64,000 nt of DNA. It comes from Entomortierella parvispora E1425 (Eukaryota; Fungi; Mortierellomycota). Below the pieces are notes generated by a model. The model did no database searches. It saw nothing but the letters and a program-made list of their open reading frames with translations, and had not been told where the DNA came from. The position numbers and the translations under genes are program-made. Positions within the stretch are counted from its first letter, which is position 1. Every line of letters starts with the position of its first letter. This document shows positions 60,007 to 64,000 of the stretch, piece after piece. Location: the NCBI GenBank assembly GCA_020891255.1, contig BQFW01000008.1:2852001-2916000 (forward strand). Direction: 5' to 3'.

Positions 60007-60264
60007 TCACATTGCCAAATGTAATAAAAAAAACCACGGTAATTCTCTAGAAACGGGTGCGCCTTGGCGAAAATTGCCCTCGCAAAACTCGAGCTGGACC
60101 TTCGTCAAGTGGCACACGAAACTTCCAAGCAGTACTTTCATCACCTCCTCACTCAAGCTGACCTGGGAGAGCATCAGGTCAGGCACTCCTTGAGCGAGGT
60201 CCTTGAATGTCTTGATCGCCGACTTTGCTCCAAGACGATATAAGAACTCCGGCAATCGGGGCAA
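60007..60264 (-). pseudogene. Short LRR-like relic fragment
   Basis: LMLSQVSLSEEVMKVLLGSFVCHLTKVQLEFCEG resembles the LRRs of the F-box family here; there is no F-box and no full ORF. Confidence 0.4.
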
Positions 60265-60689
60265 AGGTGCCCACTGACTGCCTCTTCTCCTTCATCATAG
60301 TCCAGGGACCCTAGACGAGTGCGCGGGGAGGGTCTTTGAAGTCTTAAGAAGTCGACATATCGCTCAGACAGACTCTAAATCAACGAAGCATCCATGAAGT
60401 TCGATTGAAAATGTCACGTGGCGCCGACGCGCAGTTCAAGTGCCATGTAAAAAAAAAAAAAAAAAAAAAAACGTGTCGCGAAATGGACAGTGCGTTGTTG
60501 ACTTTACCCTTCTTGGCCTTTACCCAAATGTCAATGACGGCCAAACAGGTCAAGAAGTCAATTGACAGCGATATTTCCCTCGTTGCCGCCGTGGTGGCTT
60601 AACTTGATTGATTGACTGTCATTCCATCCCTGCATCCCACTGATTGCGTTCCGTTTTCTGCTTCTGTCATCATCTTGTTGGGGACACGA

Positions 60690-61356
60690 ATGTGGAAGAT
60701 ACGACCGTCAATACTCCTGAGGAGGCCTTTACTCAGGGTATTCCAAAAACTGATGCTGACACAGGTGGCTGTGAGTGATAGGAGGAAGGAAACACTCCTG
60801 AAGACCTTTGCTTCTAACTTGACGAGGATCAAGCTTGAAGACTGTGATGGTCTCGAAAGCCACATGGTTCAAGACACACTCTGCTCTTGTAAACCTTCTA
60901 TCAATCACAGTAGACATCCCATTCCTCTCTTCAAGTGTCGCGCGGTCCACAGAGCCATGGGATTGCGCAAAGCTTCGGGAGTGGGCGATCTCGGTCGAGA
61001 TGGACGACGAGGACGAGGAGGCCAAAGAAGGAAGCCGCCGACTTATCTTTGGGAGACTCTCACAGCTGGAGGAGCTGCGTGTCCTAAGCTTGAGTGCATT
61101 CAGCTACCGCTTCGGCGAAGGTGCCTCTTTTCTGCGGTTCCGAGAGAGCTCCGGTGTCAGAAGTCTCGGAGAATTGAAGCTGATCAAAGTCCTCAATATG
61201 AGGCACACCAGACAACAATTGAGTCGCGGCGAGTGGGAGTGGCTCACGCAGACGTTCCGCGGTCTGCAGTGCATTCTGGGTTTTGATGTAGTCAGCAGAG
61301 AGACGGCTGAGTGGCGTAATGCTTTGCATTGTCGAGCTATTTTAAACTTGAACTGA
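60690..61356 (+). pseudogene. 5'-truncated, frameshifted F-box/LRR relic
   Basis: LTRIKLEDCDGLESHMVQDTLCSC shifts frame near 60888 into PWDCAKLRE...IFGRLSQLEELRVL...LGELKLIKVL...EWEWL, the family's C-terminal pattern. Confidence 0.65.
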
Positions 61357-61569
61357 GCGCACCTGGTCGATCCAAGAGCAGACTGGATTATGTCACGTCA
61401 ATTCAAGCAGACCGCAACAAGGATACGACAGCCAGATGCTTCCCAGGCGAATTTTTCGCAAACACCCCTTCAACTCCCATTTCACCAGCAAACTGTTTGT
61501 TCTCTGCACAAGCTGTCCGCCTTGGTTTCCGTGTCTCCTTGATTTGAGATGTCCCTTTATTCCCCGCAG

Positions 61570-62223
61570 CCTCTACTTTGTTGTCTACATTCTGGCGATC
61601 CATATTGCTCCTCGCGTTATCTCGTCGATCCCTCCCGACTTAACTGTGCGTCTGTATGGCTGTAGGATGCTATGTTTGGGGTCTACACTATGACTGGACT
61701 TGGCTGGGGTGTGCTGAATTCGCCGGGAGTACAGACGCGTCTCTGCTGTAGTTTTATTGACGATCATTCTCACTGTCTTTGTCTTTGGATGTGGCTCTTG
61801 CCATGCCCCTGGATCCTAGATTTTTCCTGCACTTTGATCTCACTTCATCTTGACATCCTCCAATAATCTTTGCCTTTGTCATGCATGCCTCGCCTCCGCC
61901 TGTCTCCTGCCATTATATACCCCTCTGCTTCCATTCACCTCTTTCTCTTCAGTCAACATTCCGCAATAAAAACCACCTCCTTACTCCCTGCACCTCTACC
62001 ATCGTTCCTCGCAGGACAGTTCTTGTGGATGTTGCTTTGATTGCTGCGAGTGCTGATGGACAAGTCCACGATGCTCATGTCGGATATGAGAGATAGGACG
62101 TCGAGTGAGCATGACCTCTTCATGCATTGCCCTGTGGCTGTAAAGTACTTGGCAAGATTCACCGTGTCAGTTATGAGTGAAGGAAAAGATAATGCACAGC
62201 ACACTGCATTCAGGGATCATTGA
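61570..62223 (+). pseudogene. Decayed spliced hydrophobic-protein gene, copy B
   Basis: LYFVVYILAIH..., FGVYTMTGLGWGV and DSSCGCCFDCC lie in different frames. The terminal TGA is at the same aligned position as in copy A. Confidence 0.4.
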
Positions 62224-62507
62224 GCCACATCAGCACCGCAGGACAGCAGCAGAAGAGCGACAATTGTTCCTCCCCCCCTTTTTGATCCCTGCATATCCTT
62301 TTTTTTTCTGTTCCATCGCTTCATTCCTGAAGTTTCTCATCAGCTTACTTCATCCCCTAGATATTTTCCAAAGGAGGGTCAGGGGTAGAGCGAAGTGACC
62401 AACAAGATAAATACAGGGCTTTCAGACTTGACAAAATCATCCCATATTCCTCTTCCCCCCCATTTCAAGACGCTCCCATCCACTTGATGACCATCCTATC
62501 CAACAAC

Positions 62508-62969
62508 ATGTTGAGTCTTCGAGCCAGCTTCCTGATCTATACGGCACTCAGTGTCGTACTCATCTGTGTTTCGTCGCAGTCGCTATACAAGATTTTCAAT
62601 CATCAATATCGGGATCAAGCTCTGGACTACACTACAGGAAATAGAATTGTTGGCTGTCATATTAACTATGATAGTAACAATCAGAACTGGAGGATTGTGC
62701 ACCTTGGGGACAGCTTCGTCGCCTTCCAAAATGCCGCGACTGGGCTCTTTATTGGTGTCAATGGCCAAGAGATTGTGGCTGGGGCAAACCCGTACAAATG
62801 GCAGTACTCCGTTGTTTCTAGTGGTTGGTATCAAATTTTGACCGAGGATGGTAGTAAAGTCCTTTTCCTGACGGGGCAGGAAGATTACGATCCAGTTATC
62901 CTGAAGGAAATTGAATATAAAGGACCTGATGCCCAGTGGGGCTATACACCTGCACCATCCACCCCATAG
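62508..62969 (+). CDS. Secreted ricin-B-like beta-trefoil protein, intact copy (153 aa)
   Basis: Signal peptide MLSLRASFLIYTALSVVLICVSSQS, QNW/KWQ/AQW repeats, FQNAATGLFIG and WYQI motifs typical of ricin-B lectin repeats. Confidence 0.7.
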   Translation: MLSLRASFLIYTALSVVLICVSSQSLYKIFNHQYRDQALDYTTGNRIVGCHINYDSNNQNWRIVHLGDSFVAFQNAATGLFIGVNGQEIVAGANPYKWQYSVVSSGWYQILTEDGSKVLFLTGQEDYDPVILKEIEYKGPDAQWGYTPAPSTP

Positions 62970-63269
62970 TGTGTTCACTGCCTGTAGCCTGATGCAAACG
63001 TCCTTCTTCATTTCTACTTCCTCTGCTCTTCTTCATTGAAAGATTTGCTCCTTTCATTGAACCATGTTGTCTATCCTCATTTTTTGTCTCAGAGAAGGCA
63101 AAGAAATAAAGGTCTCGACCCGACACAGAGTACCACTAGAACATCTCCTCCAGAGAAAAAAGTTGTCATCCTCACTATCCAGAGTACAAGTTGGTTCCCC
63201 GCCTTGCAGTGATGATAGTGATCGATCCGATCGGCTGTGACGCTGACTCGGGCCCCGATGCTGGCAAGA

Positions 63270-63650
63270 TTTGCAGAGAGATCCTCTGTTCATGTCCAAG
63301 CGTGGTCTTAAAATTGACATGACCGATTTGATCGTCGATCGTCTCAGCTTTGCAAGTGGCCATGACAATCCCCCAGGCGCAATGGCGACAGGGCAGCATT
63401 TGAACCTGAGCGTAGGAGTCTGGGCGTTTACCTCTTTACAAATCCTGTGGGTCAAGCATTTGGAGTGGTCTACAAACTCAGCACTGAACGGCCGCATGAC
63501 GGGACAACTGGAGAGACTTCGAGAATCAAGACAGATGGACGTGCAGACGAGGATAAATGGCGGCACGCGATGGAGGACTGGAGCATATCCCAGAGGTGAG
63601 CTGGCCACCGATCTCCACTTGGGTAGACTATCACCATATGGCCCTTGATC
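63270..63650 (+). pseudogene. F-box/LRR C-terminal relic
   Basis: EILCSCPS in one frame and VWAFTSLQIL...GQLERLRE in another mirror the ILCSCP/WxCxxLxxL motifs of the intact genes. Confidence 0.5.
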
Positions 63651-64000
63651 CGGAGCTGCAGCTTGAAATCTGTTCAAATACATGGTCGTTTGTTTTCAAT
63701 TCCTTCCTGCCTCGGCGCAATTGGCATGTCTACCTTCGTAACTAAACTCTCTAGTATTCTCTATTCCTTTTCGTCAAACCATTATAGTTGATGGGCAATT
63801 GGCCGAACCCACAGAAATAAATATCATAAGCGGTGTTTAGGGTCACTTTGGCCGGCTATGGGAGAGGTGTTTATCGTTTTATTAGGGGCTAAGGTAGATT
63901 GAGGGTAGGAAAGAAGGAAGAAAAAAATGAGGGGCCTATTATTTTTTCTTTATGGGGAACCCATCTTTCCCCTTCCTCTGAAAGTCCTTTTTTCCCTGTT

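Larger units (their letters stand above)
61515..63140 (+). repeat. Inverted segmental duplication, copy B (partner ~24075-25665)
   Basis: See copy A. Homology runs through the lectin gene 3' region including AATAAAGGTC...ACACAGAGTACC. Confidence 0.85.

Overview
Eukaryotic, intron-rich fungal DNA with GT-AG introns, CTAAC/CTAAT-type branch points and many poly(dA:dT) and CT-rich promoter tracts. The gene families point to Mortierellaceae/Mucoromycota (inference, no database check). Conserved spliced housekeeping genes are TXNDC17/TRP14, TRM1, aspartate-semialdehyde dehydrogenase, SURF1/SHY1, complex I NUXM subunit, a short-type ABCC transporter, a LIM-C1-RhoGAP, an Hst3/4-like sirtuin, transportin-1, an aldo-keto reductase and ECO1. 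An intronless O-fucosyltransferase-family gene is also present. These are interleaved with fast-turnover accessory material: 7 intact intronless F-box/LRR genes (3 in tandem) plus 3 relics, an NLR-like WD40 relic, an ISG12/IFI27-like micro-gene, and a ~1.6 kb module (decayed membrane-protein gene plus secreted ricin-B-like lectin) present twice in inverted orientation ~36 kb apart. The best novelty candidates are an intact ~905-aa fusion of a Mortierella-type LRR-associated, Roco-like scaffold to a LaeA-like SAM methyltransferase, and a full-length thioredoxin with no cysteine. No tRNA, rRNA, CRISPR array or recognisable transposase was found. Exon coordinates were read by eye and family names come from remembered motifs, not searches.
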